Below the pieces are notes generated by a model that saw only the letters and a list, made by a program, of their open reading frames with translations, had not been told where the DNA came from and did no database searches. The position numbers and the translations under genes were made by a program. 64,000 bases of DNA from TPA_inf: Saccharomyces (Eukaryota), in assembly GCA_000146045.2 (NCBI GenBank), contig BK006945.2, forward strand, positions 160,001 to 224,000, in the 5' to 3' direction. How positions within the stretch are numbered: position 1 is the first letter of the stretch; every line of letters starts with the position of its first letter. Positions 21,789 to 33,281 of this stretch are shown piece after piece.

Positions 21789-23405
21789 TCACCTTGCATT
21801 AGGAAACCTCAAATTTTCTATCATTGGCTTACCAATTCTATCTATAACATCATGCGCCCATAAAACGTCCAGATGGGAATACTCATCAATATACCAGATT
21901 TTGTACACTGCATTTGCTTCATGATTAATGAAGTGATTAATTAATCGTTCACCATCTACTAATCTATCTTGCTTTGGAATAAACATTATAATGTGTGGAA
22001 ATTCTTCACTATTTTGTCTTTTCGGATTTAAGTGTAGTTTGTTGTTATCCAAATTATTGCCACTGTCATCATCATTCTTGGCAATAGGAAACCATGTCTT
22101 TTTATCTGGAAAAATTTTCTCTGCACCCTTCTTAAAACTTAGCTTATTAGGAAGAGGTGACAACCACCATTGCATTAGTTTGACGGAAATATGGACTGGT
22201 GAAAATAAGAAATTTCGGTCCCTTAAAACTCTATCCCATAAGACATCGTTCCAATCAAATAGGTAGTTAAACATGATGTATGAGAGGAACGAAAAAATCT
22301 TGGTCCCAACCATTAGTTTTCTCATTGTCATCATAAGAGGTATAAACGATCTTCTACCAAAGTACCACGGAGAATCAATACCTTTTGCCATTAGCCTCAC
22401 AAATGCTTTTTCATCCAATAAAGGTCCAGGGTACACTGCAGGTGCCAAAGCAACAAAGTTTTCCAGCTTATCGACTAATTTAAAATCACTTGCGTATAGT
22501 TTCTCACCGTTGACAAGCCCCATAAACCCTTGTGTTGTACCTTGTGAATGCGCCACGAGCGATAGTTTAGCATATCCGGTACTATCAAGTACATAATTTA
22601 TAAGTGCTTTTAAATCGTATTGAACCATCTGGTGCATATCCCAATCCCATTTTTTGGAATGATCATTACCTAATTTTTTCATGTTCCACTTGGCATTTAA
22701 GCCACATCTGTTATTCCCCAACCAAACATCAAATCCAGATTCATAAAGGAAGTATGCCAGAGATTTTCTACCTGAAGATGCGAAGGCCCCGCAACTTTGC
22801 AAAAGACCGTGTAATAGCAAAATGGGTTCACGTTTCACTTCCTCTACGCCATCGTTTAACCTGGACTTGAAGTGCCACAAATCAATGATAAAACCGTCGT
22901 CTGTCTCCACCTCAAATTCTTCAATATCAATACCATACTCTTTATAATAGTACTTTAAGTCAGGTACCAGCTTGGTATCCTCCGCAAGCGCAATGTTTTG
23001 GAAGGGATTCTCTGCAGCATATGGGGCTTGGTTCACATTCGTTTCCATTTTAATATTAGCATTTCCATCACCGTTCTCTGATAAAGAGGCATTACTAGTC
23101 ATGGACAGCTTGCTAGTCACAGTACGGTCATATTCAATATTATTTTCCTGATCCCGCTGTAAATCTAAGGGCGTTGTGGAAGATATTGACAAAGGTCTAG
23201 AGTGACGTGCTGGTCGTTTCTTCTTCTTGTCATTTGGCTGGATCTTGGTTCTCGAACTTCTTGTATCTCTTGGATCATTTTTATGTTGGAAATGAACTGT
23301 CACGTAATTCTTCCATAGTGACAAAATGAATAACCCCGTCATAAACGAAGTGAGAATTATTGCGCTCACCAACCGCTGAACCTCATCAACCACCTTATTT
23401 ACCAT
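21789..23405 (-). CDS. YEH2: Steryl ester hydrolase (alpha/beta-hydrolase lipase)
   Basis: 538 aa. ATG confirmed. GxSxG lipase motif (VAHSQGTTQGF). N-terminal transmembrane segment. Confidence 0.9.
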   Translation of the reverse strand: MVNKVVDEVQRLVSAIILTSFMTGLFILSLWKNYVTVHFQHKNDPRDTRSSRTKIQPNDKKKKRPARHSRPLSISSTTPLDLQRDQENNIEYDRTVTSKLSMTSNASLSENGDGNANIKMETNVNQAPYAAENPFQNIALAEDTKLVPDLKYYYKEYGIDIEEFEVETDDGFIIDLWHFKSRLNDGVEEVKREPILLLHGLLQSCGAFASSGRKSLAYFLYESGFDVWLGNNRCGLNAKWNMKKLGNDHSKKWDWDMHQMVQYDLKALINYVLDSTGYAKLSLVAHSQGTTQGFMGLVNGEKLYASDFKLVDKLENFVALAPAVYPGPLLDEKAFVRLMAKGIDSPWYFGRRSFIPLMMTMRKLMVGTKIFSFLSYIMFNYLFDWNDVLWDRVLRDRNFLFSPVHISVKLMQWWLSPLPNKLSFKKGAEKIFPDKKTWFPIAKNDDDSGNNLDNNKLHLNPKRQNSEEFPHIIMFIPKQDRLVDGERLINHFINHEANAVYKIWYIDEYSHLDVLWAHDVIDRIGKPMIENLRFPNAR

Positions 23406-23622
23406 GCTTATCGTAAAGGTGCCACGGGGATCCCAATGATAGTTGAGTATTTCCCAACAATTTTAATTATACCTTTGATGAGAAACATTTGCGTACTATT
23501 TGTGTGAAAAAAAATGAAGAACTTAATGCGCGAATTATTGGGATAACAACGCCAATGGTGAATCAAAATATTAACAATGACAAAAAGAATGGGCTATTTT
23601 TGTACAAAATACTGTTGCAAAT

Positions 23623-24162
23623 ATGATATCATATGAATTCCAAACTCATCTACCGAAAGGAAAAGATAGCTCATTGAACGCTTCATCCGAAAACAAAGAA
23701 TTGTATGTACAAGCCACGCACTTTAATAACACAATTCTATTGCAAATCAGACTAAATGGGGAAATGGATTCCACCTATGAGGTATCTTCAAAAGGACTAA
23801 ACCCAATTCTCGATATCAACGTACCACTGGCAGGAAACCTAGGAAACACGGGTGGCGATTATGACGATGAGGAAGAAGAATTTGTAAGAGACCATTTATC
23901 TGATTATCAAGTGGTTACCAAGTTGGGAGATAGTGCCGATCCTAAAGTACCCGTGGTATGCGTACAGATTGCCGAACTATATAGGAGAGTTATTCTACCA
24001 GAAGTGAGCGGTACGATGGCCCAAGACAACATGCAATTCAGCTTGCTGATATCCATGAGCAGTAAGATATGGAGAGCAACGAAGGAACAAAGCGCTGACG
24101 ATAATGATTTTGGCAAATTAGTTTTTGTGTTAAAGTGTATCAAAGATATGTATGCAAAGTGA
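23623..24162 (+). CDS. IRC25: Proteasome assembly chaperone (Poc3/Irc25)
   Basis: 179 aa. ATG at 23623. Matches recalled Irc25/Poc3. Confidence 0.85.
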   Translation: MISYEFQTHLPKGKDSSLNASSENKELYVQATHFNNTILLQIRLNGEMDSTYEVSSKGLNPILDINVPLAGNLGNTGGDYDDEEEEFVRDHLSDYQVVTKLGDSADPKVPVVCVQIAELYRRVILPEVSGTMAQDNMQFSLLISMSSKIWRATKEQSADDNDFGKLVFVLKCIKDMYAK

Positions 24163-24173
24163 TTCTATATAAA

Positions 24174-24926
24174 TTAGTTATGCGTTGTATTATCTATGAC
24201 TGCCATATCCAAGACTTGCACAGTTCCCTTTTTATCACATAGGGTCATCAAATCTCTATAATTGACAGGATCGATAAGACCTGTACATGTCCAAGGATCC
24301 AATTCCGGCTTCGTTGACTCTCCAGGCGATGAAGCTATCAATTTACTAATCTTCTCAATAAGTTCGGGTTGTCTAGATGGCTCACTTATGGCCACTTTGA
24401 CTTTCATCTTCGCCCTTACTATTGGAATAATTTGCTTAGAAACCAATAATTTGATAGCCTCTAAAGCTTGCAATTTGGCAGGTTTGTTAATAACAGGGCT
24501 GAACTTCAGTTCCTGTAAAGCTTTGTGGATCATTGTGGGCGGATATCTTTTCTTTGACACAGGATTTATACATTTAGCGCTAACTATTGTAAGCATTTCG
24601 TTATTAACTTTATTAAGCATTAATTGTCTTTCTTTTTCCGATAATTGAATCTCTCCCTTATGCATGATCTCCTCGATGACATCATCAACATTTGTAGTCC
24701 CGAAACACTTTTGTAGATCTTCCTTATTAGCAACCAAGCCTTTCGAAACATTCATGAAAACTTGATGTATCTGCAGCACTTCATCCAGATCTTTTTCAAT
24801 TCCTTTTCGATAGTCTTGGACCTTATTTTGGTAGCACGCGACTTCAAATCTCTTGCGAGCCTTTTTTAATCTCACTAATGAAACATTAGTTAACTTAATC
24901 TGTCCCGACGGTTGATTGATAGGCAT
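24174..24926 (-). CDS. SDO1: SBDS-family ribosome maturation factor
   Basis: 250 aa. ATG confirmed. SBDS N-terminal FYSH domain (MPINQPSGQIKLTNVSLVRLKKARKRFEVACYQNKV). Convergent with IRC25, with only 11 bp between their stop codons. Confidence 0.9.
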   Translation of the reverse strand: MPINQPSGQIKLTNVSLVRLKKARKRFEVACYQNKVQDYRKGIEKDLDEVLQIHQVFMNVSKGLVANKEDLQKCFGTTNVDDVIEEIMHKGEIQLSEKERQLMLNKVNNEMLTIVSAKCINPVSKKRYPPTMIHKALQELKFSPVINKPAKLQALEAIKLLVSKQIIPIVRAKMKVKVAISEPSRQPELIEKISKLIASSPGESTKPELDPWTCTGLIDPVNYRDLMTLCDKKGTVQVLDMAVIDNTTHN

Positions 24927-25497
24927 TGCGTGTTTTACCTTTTCTTTCTCAGAACTATTTTAGTAAAAATTTTAAAAACTTTTACTACTGCATGAAATCA
25001 CTTAAGTTCGGCCTAGAAAAATTTTTTCATGAACATTATTATATATACAAGGCACTGAGCAGAACAATACACGCTAAGTTTTGTTCTTTCATGAGGTCAT
25101 AATAAGTTAAATAACAGTCAATACATAAATGCAAAACTAAAAGTACACAGTTTTATTATTTTCTTTTCGTCGTAATGTAGTTTTTATAATCAGTCAACTT
25201 TTTTTTTGCTTTTAGATTTCGTTTGTTCCTTTTGTCTTTGGATCCAAAGTTTCTTGAAAATGTAGCCAAAACAATGCCAGCAGGAATATCGAAAAAGATG
25301 GGTATAATATAAGTAAAAAAAAAATTTTAACAATGAAATAATACAGGAGAATTCGTGGTTTACAATTTCTGGTTTTTTTCGAAATTGCTATGTGGCTTCT
25401 CCAACAATGTAATTGTAGGCTTTTCTTTCTTTTAAGTCCGTTTATCGTATACAGAAAAAGTGCAGGATGTTGTAAGTAAAGGTAGTCAGTCATACCA

Positions 25498-27129
25498 TCA
25501 TGACAAAATCCACCTCTTGGCAAACATATCTAAAATAGCTCTATAATGGCCGATGACACCCAACACTACGAAGAAATGCCAAAAAGTGTGCGAACAACCA
25601 AAATAGTCAACCCACCATAGAGATTTAAATGATTTGGCATGAGACGGACAGGAACTGCATTTGGAATGGGCTGTTGGCACCTCTCTAAAATGAATTTCCC
25701 TTTGCTTTGTGATGATTTCTAAATCAGTAGATAATTCGTAGTTTGTTGGAATGGTCTTATCAACCTGAACGTCAGATCTGAACCGTTCAGGAATGAACGA
25801 ACCGTAAAATACCACACCAACCAAATACCAAACAACAGATTTGTATGTGACGGGGCTAAATAGCGTTGCAGCATAATGAAGATCAGTCAAAAATATCAAA
25901 TGTAAAAACGACAATACACCCATAGTAGCCAGCAAAATGAAGAATCTAATTCTTAATGGCCTTGCTTCAGGTCTATCAAAGCGAGGCGACCAATTCATAA
26001 ACACACCAAATACACCCAGCGCCAGAGAAATACTCATGTAAGTGTACATCGCCCAGTAACATGAATACATGGTAACAAACTCCGTTGTCAATATCGAAGC
26101 TGTAATTAAGATCGTAATACCGCTATAGTCGACACACGCAAATTTAGAACGTAGCTTCAAGAAGGACGTTCCGTTGAAAGTATGCCAAAACACGGAGCTT
26201 AGCATACATTTCAACGCAGCTGCCAAAAACATGAAAACAATCCATCTAGCCTGTGGTGGAACCTGGGAATTCCGCCAAACTTCAGACTGAGGGAAATCGT
26301 AAATTGCCAAGTAGATTATATAAATGGCTCCTAACAAATGAGACCAAATATTTGAAGTTTCATTATGCCAGCCGTACCAGTTAAAGATAGACAACAAAGA
26401 TTTGGAATGGGTATTGTAAAACCTATAGCCATGGATTATGTATCTGTTTTCCCTCCATGGGAATGGCAACTGATAATAATGTAAATGTTGAGTTTCACCT
26501 AGACTATACGCTTTGCCATGGTTGTATGAGTTTATAAAAGACTTGATATCGGTAGTAGGATTCAAAGGTTCTTCAATGAGGATTTCCGTCTTTACCATGG
26601 ATTTTCTCATTGGACCGCAATAGTCTTTCACGCTGGAAATATAATTGTTTTCCTCTTTGATTTTTGTATCATTGAGACGACTTGTTGGGGAACGTAACGA
26701 GGACTTCGCTTGAGAACATACAGTTGAAGATGAAGACACCAGTGAAGTGGATGTAGAAGCATTGTTAAGCTTGAAAGTAGCGACTGAATTCACCAAAGTG
26801 GCTGCATCTGAATCTCCCAGTGAAAACTGAGATTCTGTATTCAGAGACTTGCCACTGTTTCTTTTGTACACAGAACTTGTTACTTCCTTTTCTTTTGTTG
26901 GACGAATTATCTCCAAATCATCATACCGCCCACTTTCAGAGTGTTTAACACTTTCATCAATAGTTGAAAATGGATGAGGAACGAATTTTGAGTAGTTGTA
27001 ATTATAGATGGATTTACCGGATTTTTTCACCTTCTGAAAATTGTCCACACCCTTCTGCTTTAGCCTTGATAGAGATCCCATGGGTGAGGGTATATACTGA
27101 GTTAAGCTTTTGCTTGACGAGTCCATCAT
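25498..27129 (-). CDS. IZH3: PAQR/Hly-III family seven-transmembrane membrane protein
   Basis: 543 aa. ATG confirmed. Long Ser-rich N-terminal extension, then a 7-TM core with the PAQR His motifs (HLLGAIYIIYLAIYDF...HTFNGTSF...HFFVVLGVIGH). Confidence 0.88.
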   Translation of the reverse strand: MMDSSSKSLTQYIPSPMGSLSRLKQKGVDNFQKVKKSGKSIYNYNYSKFVPHPFSTIDESVKHSESGRYDDLEIIRPTKEKEVTSSVYKRNSGKSLNTESQFSLGDSDAATLVNSVATFKLNNASTSTSLVSSSSTVCSQAKSSLRSPTSRLNDTKIKEENNYISSVKDYCGPMRKSMVKTEILIEEPLNPTTDIKSFINSYNHGKAYSLGETQHLHYYQLPFPWRENRYIIHGYRFYNTHSKSLLSIFNWYGWHNETSNIWSHLLGAIYIIYLAIYDFPQSEVWRNSQVPPQARWIVFMFLAAALKCMLSSVFWHTFNGTSFLKLRSKFACVDYSGITILITASILTTEFVTMYSCYWAMYTYMSISLALGVFGVFMNWSPRFDRPEARPLRIRFFILLATMGVLSFLHLIFLTDLHYAATLFSPVTYKSVVWYLVGVVFYGSFIPERFRSDVQVDKTIPTNYELSTDLEIITKQREIHFREVPTAHSKCSSCPSHAKSFKSLWWVDYFGCSHTFWHFFVVLGVIGHYRAILDMFAKRWILS

Positions 27130-27662
27130 GTACTTAATTTGATTGTCTGTTGGGATGTGAACTATTTTTCAGCTTATCTGCGTTGCAGCTTCTTCTTTGT
27201 CCACTTTACAATGGCTAAACTTTACCAGACGACAAAACAAGTGTAGAATTTGAATCAACTGTGTCCTAAAGAAAAAATAATGTCCAAAAACTCTTATTAT
27301 AAAACGAGTAAACCACCACTTCGCTCGAATCGCCAAGCTTTCTAGATGTACACCCACGCTGTGTCACCTTATGACTATATACCTTATCCATCAACACTTT
27401 CTCCATTTCCTGCAGGGTAAAAAGAAAAGTGAAGTCACCCTGCACTATACGAGCTTCAGCCCATACCCCACACTAAAACATTTCTTTTTCTGCGGCATTT
27501 CTTTTTTTTTCGGTCCGTCCCTGTCCCTTCCCACGAGAAAGCGTAATGATCCTCGACCCTACCCCACTTCCCCACGCCAATTAAAACAGATAAAATTTCT
27601 TTTGATTTTTCGGATACGCTAATTTCGTAGCAATTTTGAATGACTAGACATTTGTTGGATAA

Positions 27663-30600
27663 CTACATAGTCTCCCACCCACCAAGATCTGCACTGCCGT
27701 CCGTTAGTCGGAACACTATGTGCGGAATCATGTTGCCAAAAACAATCTCATTCGCTAGATTCGCGTATCTCGCCCGATTCAAATAGACGGGAGTACCGAA
27801 TTTGTAGTCTTCGTTGGTCTCTCCGTATTTACTTAGATAAGGTGCAGCATAAAATGTACCTCTTTTGCCGTATGACAGATATATCGCATTTGTGCCGGTC
27901 ATTAAGAAAACTCCGTAAGCGGAGGTGATTTCGCATCCATTTCTCATATGATCAGTACATTCCCCCTGTAAATAACCTTGCAGTGCTATGCTTTTTTGAA
28001 TATGGCATTTTTGGCCACACAACAAGCATACTGCGATTTCGTATTTATCACATTTATTCGATATTTCATCATTATCAAGGGAAAATTTGGAAAGGTTCAA
28101 TGGTAGTTCGATAAGCTGGATATGCTCTGGTGAAGGATATGCTCTTGTGTTTATGTTCTGCACCATGTCATATATTACTTGCTGAATTCTCAAATTATCA
28201 TTACCATCATTATACCTTTCTATATTTTGTGTTAGTTCGTTGTAGAAAAAATCCTTCAAAAAGTGAGTTAAATTGGGTAATTTAAAATACCGGAAAATAA
28301 GCTCTATTTCACGCTGTTTGACGTCCATGAAATTATTGCTGCGGTTATTATTATTATCACCATCACCATCATCATCATACTGAATGTTGAATAATAAGAA
28401 GGTTCTTCTACAAAAAATGGACAATGACTCTAGTAATAGAGAGCATATAAAGTCTTTAATTTTCTCTAAACTTGTAAAATCAAACCGAACGTCGTCTGGT
28501 TTAAAGAGATCAACATACTTTTTAAAAGTATTGAATAGATATGAAAAGCTTGTCGATGGTTCCTCAGATCCGTTTGATGATATTTTGATTTTATTTCGAC
28601 AGTCTTTGTAAAAGTTTACTCTCATCATATCTCTTGCAAGCAACAGTAGTAGTTGATGGAACCTTCTTTTGAACATTTCATAGATACATAGGTTAGGCGG
28701 TTGCGGGGTTTTTCCTCCATCAATATTATCAAAATTTTGACTCATATACAAAAGTAGATTCACATTATTACCCTTTATTAGAAACTCATTCCAATTCCAT
28801 ATTTTACGAGAGATTTCGCTGCTGAATGTTTTTGAATTAACAAATTTTTTGTAAATAAACGACTTTAGCTCACAAACTAAATGTAAGGTTAAAATGCACT
28901 GACTGGATATTCTTTCCATATTCACTATTTTTCCTTCCTTTTTGTGCGATCTTAATCTGAGCTCAGTATTTGAAATAGTATTAATAAAAACACTATTAAC
29001 AACTTTATATGCATCTTCGATAGTCGTGACTTTTTTACCCTGAAGATCACCTAGAATCATCGCTGCTTTAATACAAATAGAGCTCATTGGGTCAAGGTTT
29101 TCTTCCGCTTCACTTCGCTTTTCAATACACATAAAAAACTGGCTCGAAGTTCTCTTATCTATATCATTTGTTTTTGGTAGAAATGAATTACTTAAGGAAT
29201 TGCATACGGGACAATATATCAACCCTGAACCATACGATAATGGAATATTTTTTGTAGTTTGGTTTTGTATTCCGCGAATCGACTTCATATGGCCACTTAA
29301 ACATTTGGTATGAGACCCATGCCCGCATGCTCTTAATACTGGTTCACAGCTAGTAAATTTCAATCTCGTTCCATCATCATCCTGGGGGTTTTCTTGGATT
29401 GCACTGTCTTTTGTTTGCTTACCACTGAACAGCGAATTTATTCTATTAACATCTGTAGGATTCGTAAAATCAATTCCATGATCACATATGTTCCGTTCTT
29501 GGTATGAAAAATAAACAAATACATCGTCATCCTTCGGCATCTTGCAAAATACGCAATCATCATCGCAGCAACTGTTGATTGTGTTACTACTATTCTCTGC
29601 ATTTATTCTAGTGGGAGATAAACTAGGTGATGTGGTTCTGGGTGTACTAATATCGGAAGTATCTACACTATTGTTTTCCATGAATTTCATTTGCTGTTGA
29701 GCCAACTTCTTCATTAATTTTTTCTTTCTCAATCGAGCAAGATGTTTTTTCCTTTCAAATTCTTTATCCTTGTGGCTTTTATCTTCCTTTGTAGGCCACA
29801 ATATTCCTGGTGTATATGACGTGGTTTGCTCCCTCAAATAACTGTTTACATTTACGTGAGGCGCTGTTTCCATTAAATACCTGAAAATTTCCCTAATCTT
29901 ACCATGAGATTCCGAAAAATTATCCTTCAACAAACAGTAATACAGGATAGAACCAATGCTGTGGTAATGACAGAATTCTGTGTCCACAATTGCGTATTCA
30001 TGCCACAGTATCCCCATAAATTCATTCAGATTATTAACCACGCATAAATGAATCAAATGAACCACTCTCGGCAATAAATTGTCATAATCATATTTTATAA
30101 TGTGATCTAAAGTATTTTTCAAAAATAAACCAAAAGTATTCACTGATGATATTGAATACAGCCCAGAAAATAATGTATTCTTCAACAAATCTTTAACCTT
30201 TTTTGCTGGTACAAAAGTATCTTCATATTTCATTTTCTTCAAATTTGCCATATTCAGCCTGATATTTTTCTCTACATCATACCTCCTACTGGAAGACAAC
30301 CCTATATAATAAGGATCAATCTCATCTTTATACTTTTCTTTCAACACGAAAATGCCATTGTCAGTCAAGCTTACAGGAGAAGTGTAATTGGCGTATTTTT
30401 CGAGATATATATCAAATGAAGGGTGCTTGGTGATATGTTCTGGAATACAGTTAACAATTTGTGCGTAAGAGCATGTATCAAAGCAAAGGGCATGAATTAT
30501 TTCTGATTTGAACGTTCTCTCGAAGCCTTCCTTTGATGATTTCATGACCAATGATCTCACTTCAGTAAGCAATTGAATCAATAACAGAATGCATTCATTA

Positions 30601-33281
30601 ACAACGGCTACAGTTGTTTCTGTATCAGGATAATCATACATAGGTACACCATTTGCCCAGTGCTTCAAACCCCACCTTGAGAGGTAAGTAACCATCAGTT
30701 CATCAGGATTGCACATTGCCATACTAAATTGCACATTGAAAATGTCACTAATATAAGTAAATTCTCGCATACTGTATTTTGTATACATCCGGGCCTGGTG
30801 AGTAATTGGAGTTCCGTTTCTTACCCAGAAACCGACGTTTATTTGCCCGATTAGGACTAGGGTTGACAAAGCAGATTCTGATATATATAAAGCCTTCTGC
30901 TTATCTTGAAAAACTTCGAAGAGATTAATGTAGTTTGTCAAAGAAGCAGGAATTGGCTCATATCTACCACATTGACTCCATTGAATAACAAATTTGAACA
31001 AATATGACATTGGATTGAAAAAATACTGTGTATTTACACCTACCTGGAAATTAATAGTCTCTGCGACATAATTGCATATCGTCTCTCTGACTGTAGACAA
31101 AGTCGCTTTGTTCGAATCATTTTCATTCGTTGATGCGTTATCAGGTGATATAGCTTTTCTAGAATTGGTTAGTGATTCAAATTCCCTGGTTTGAGCAACA
31201 TCAAGTAGTTTAAGGACGATTTGCTTACGGAAAGCCGCATCTTTGACCAAAGATATACTACGTGTGTATCCATCTGTCATTATTAGTATTGATGAGAAAA
31301 AAAAATAAAATGCAGAAAAATCAAAGTTTTCAACCTCCACGTGTTCTTTAGTTTCCCTTTTCAATGGCAGCACGTTACTGAATTCAGAGAAGGACTCAAT
31401 TATTGCGTTAAAAATTGCCTCATTTGAAAGTAGTTCTTCCGGAACAGTGTTCGCTGACATTATCGTACAAAGGTCTTTAAAGCAAATAATTGTCCTTCGA
31501 TTTCGTATTGTTTCGGTGGGCAACTTAAAGCCATTGTATAAAGAGATGGGCAAATATGACATCAAGTCTTCTGGATTGAATGCCATGAGAGTAAAAGCAA
31601 ATCTAATAGTTCGTTCAATGAATCCCGAGCTTATAGTCATATTTGCTATGCTGGGGTCTTGGAAAGTGTATTGCCCTAATATACTCATAAGAGTTACCTG
31701 ACATTCTTTAGCATCTGATGCAACTGCATCATACAAGACCGATAGATAAACATCAATATATTGTGCGGCAAGAAACTTTCTGCTTTCATCCCTTAACGAG
31801 AATAATGACGCCATGATCTTTAACATTTTGAATTTAGATTTTTTTGAGAGGATATTAATAGAATTGATGATAATATATTGGAATCTAGATCCATAGAAAT
31901 TGTAGAAATGGCTTACTGTGTTCGGCGAATGGGCTCTGATCAACCTTTCATTGTAATTAGTGAGTATTTTTGAAATTCTTTCGTCTTCAATGTTCTCTAA
32001 TGACCAAGGTTTAAACCATGATTCATCACTATCTTCGTTAGATATTAAGAATCCACCTAATAAGTTAATCTTAGAAAAGTCAGGATTGGTATTTGTGGGA
32101 GATACTCTCATTTTAGAAAAATGGGAATACCAAACATCTAGCATGGAAATTCTAAGAGCATATTTATTTTGCAAAGACGTGGCCGCCTTAAAGCACAGAG
32201 AATATAACCAATCTGTTAAATCATCTGTTAACTTTCTCTTGAATATATCATCCGCTTTTCTTACATGAACTACTATGTTTTCCTTTTGAAACTCCTTGGC
32301 TATTTGATCTATTTCGAAAAAATTCTCACTTTGTAGCACAGTCACTACATCGTGTGAATCTTCTAAAGCCTTCGTTATTGAGATTGCATATTCAACCGGT
32401 GTATTCAAAATTCTTGTTATTGTAGATGCTAAATCCATGTAGTGTACGTTACACTCTTCTTCTTCGATTTGAATAGCCCACTCCATATGTGCTTCTTTTC
32501 TCGTATTGGACCAATTGTTATCAAAGAAAACAAAATTTTCATCATTGACCAATGGTTCACATTCGTGTTTTTCCATTATATCATCAGTAATGCTGTTTTG
32601 ATTAGGATGCATTAGGGAGGATGCTTTTCTCTCGCTTGAATGGGCTTCTGCCTCCTCTTTGTATGAAACAGTTACATCAATTAAAAAATCCAGAACATAA
32701 TTCAATAGGGAGATTACGTTTTCATCATCGGTTACGTTACTATTGTCGTTAGAAATAGGAATATTATTTAATTCGTTCTTGCACTTGAACGCGTCGCTTG
32801 GGTCATTAAAGGCAAAGGGGTCACCACAATGGCATATTCTGCCTTCTGGGCGCATTACCACTTTAGCAACATAAGAATGATTTACATGTTTTTCTTTATC
32901 GAAACAAAGCTCACATATTTCATACAATGGATTTGTGGAGCACGTAAAACAGTAATAAATTGTCTCAGAGGGGAAGCATAAACGCGTACACGCTGTTCCA
33001 ATATGCATATTACCCACAGAGTGGTGGTCATTCTCGAACTCCAGGGTCCTCCACTTTCTTCCATTTAGTATGTCTCTGTACTTTTCGTTTTCCCAGGCTT
33101 CAGAATTGAGTATTGAAACGAGAGAGCGCCAGTTTATATCGTTATCACTATGCTTAAGGCGTAGATTTAAGGTTTTCCATAGTAAATAACTAGTGGTTTC
33201 GCTATATTCGCATTTCGCGAGTTTGGGGAGCTCGGTAAGAAAATCTCTTATATTGGTTATAGACAGGTCAGAATCTTCCAT
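27663..33281 (-). CDS. UBR2: UBR-box E3 ubiquitin ligase
   Basis: 1872 aa. ATG confirmed. N-terminal UBR box (CTRLCFPSETIYYCFTCSTNPLYEICELCFDKEKHVNHSY). C-terminal RING-like region and autoinhibitory domain. Confidence 0.92.
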   Translation of the reverse strand: MEDSDLSITNIRDFLTELPKLAKCEYSETTSYLLWKTLNLRLKHSDNDINWRSLVSILNSEAWENEKYRDILNGRKWRTLEFENDHHSVGNMHIGTACTRLCFPSETIYYCFTCSTNPLYEICELCFDKEKHVNHSYVAKVVMRPEGRICHCGDPFAFNDPSDAFKCKNELNNIPISNDNSNVTDDENVISLLNYVLDFLIDVTVSYKEEAEAHSSERKASSLMHPNQNSITDDIMEKHECEPLVNDENFVFFDNNWSNTRKEAHMEWAIQIEEEECNVHYMDLASTITRILNTPVEYAISITKALEDSHDVVTVLQSENFFEIDQIAKEFQKENIVVHVRKADDIFKRKLTDDLTDWLYSLCFKAATSLQNKYALRISMLDVWYSHFSKMRVSPTNTNPDFSKINLLGGFLISNEDSDESWFKPWSLENIEDERISKILTNYNERLIRAHSPNTVSHFYNFYGSRFQYIIINSINILSKKSKFKMLKIMASLFSLRDESRKFLAAQYIDVYLSVLYDAVASDAKECQVTLMSILGQYTFQDPSIANMTISSGFIERTIRFAFTLMAFNPEDLMSYLPISLYNGFKLPTETIRNRRTIICFKDLCTIMSANTVPEELLSNEAIFNAIIESFSEFSNVLPLKRETKEHVEVENFDFSAFYFFFSSILIMTDGYTRSISLVKDAAFRKQIVLKLLDVAQTREFESLTNSRKAISPDNASTNENDSNKATLSTVRETICNYVAETINFQVGVNTQYFFNPMSYLFKFVIQWSQCGRYEPIPASLTNYINLFEVFQDKQKALYISESALSTLVLIGQINVGFWVRNGTPITHQARMYTKYSMREFTYISDIFNVQFSMAMCNPDELMVTYLSRWGLKHWANGVPMYDYPDTETTVAVVNECILLLIQLLTEVRSLVMKSSKEGFERTFKSEIIHALCFDTCSYAQIVNCIPEHITKHPSFDIYLEKYANYTSPVSLTDNGIFVLKEKYKDEIDPYYIGLSSSRRYDVEKNIRLNMANLKKMKYEDTFVPAKKVKDLLKNTLFSGLYSISSVNTFGLFLKNTLDHIIKYDYDNLLPRVVHLIHLCVVNNLNEFMGILWHEYAIVDTEFCHYHSIGSILYYCLLKDNFSESHGKIREIFRYLMETAPHVNVNSYLREQTTSYTPGILWPTKEDKSHKDKEFERKKHLARLRKKKLMKKLAQQQMKFMENNSVDTSDISTPRTTSPSLSPTRINAENSSNTINSCCDDDCVFCKMPKDDDVFVYFSYQERNICDHGIDFTNPTDVNRINSLFSGKQTKDSAIQENPQDDDGTRLKFTSCEPVLRACGHGSHTKCLSGHMKSIRGIQNQTTKNIPLSYGSGLIYCPVCNSLSNSFLPKTNDIDKRTSSQFFMCIEKRSEAEENLDPMSSICIKAAMILGDLQGKKVTTIEDAYKVVNSVFINTISNTELRLRSHKKEGKIVNMERISSQCILTLHLVCELKSFIYKKFVNSKTFSSEISRKIWNWNEFLIKGNNVNLLLYMSQNFDNIDGGKTPQPPNLCIYEMFKRRFHQLLLLLARDMMRVNFYKDCRNKIKISSNGSEEPSTSFSYLFNTFKKYVDLFKPDDVRFDFTSLEKIKDFICSLLLESLSIFCRRTFLLFNIQYDDDGDGDNNNNRSNNFMDVKQREIELIFRYFKLPNLTHFLKDFFYNELTQNIERYNDGNDNLRIQQVIYDMVQNINTRAYPSPEHIQLIELPLNLSKFSLDNDEISNKCDKYEIAVCLLCGQKCHIQKSIALQGYLQGECTDHMRNGCEITSAYGVFLMTGTNAIYLSYGKRGTFYAAPYLSKYGETNEDYKFGTPVYLNRARYANLANEIVFGNMIPHIVFRLTDGSADLGGWETM

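Noticed and set aside
25212-25523. 103-aa minus-strand ORF overlapping the IZH3 stop region.
   Set aside because: It overlaps the IZH3 3' end in another frame and is AT-rich terminator sequence. It is probably spurious.
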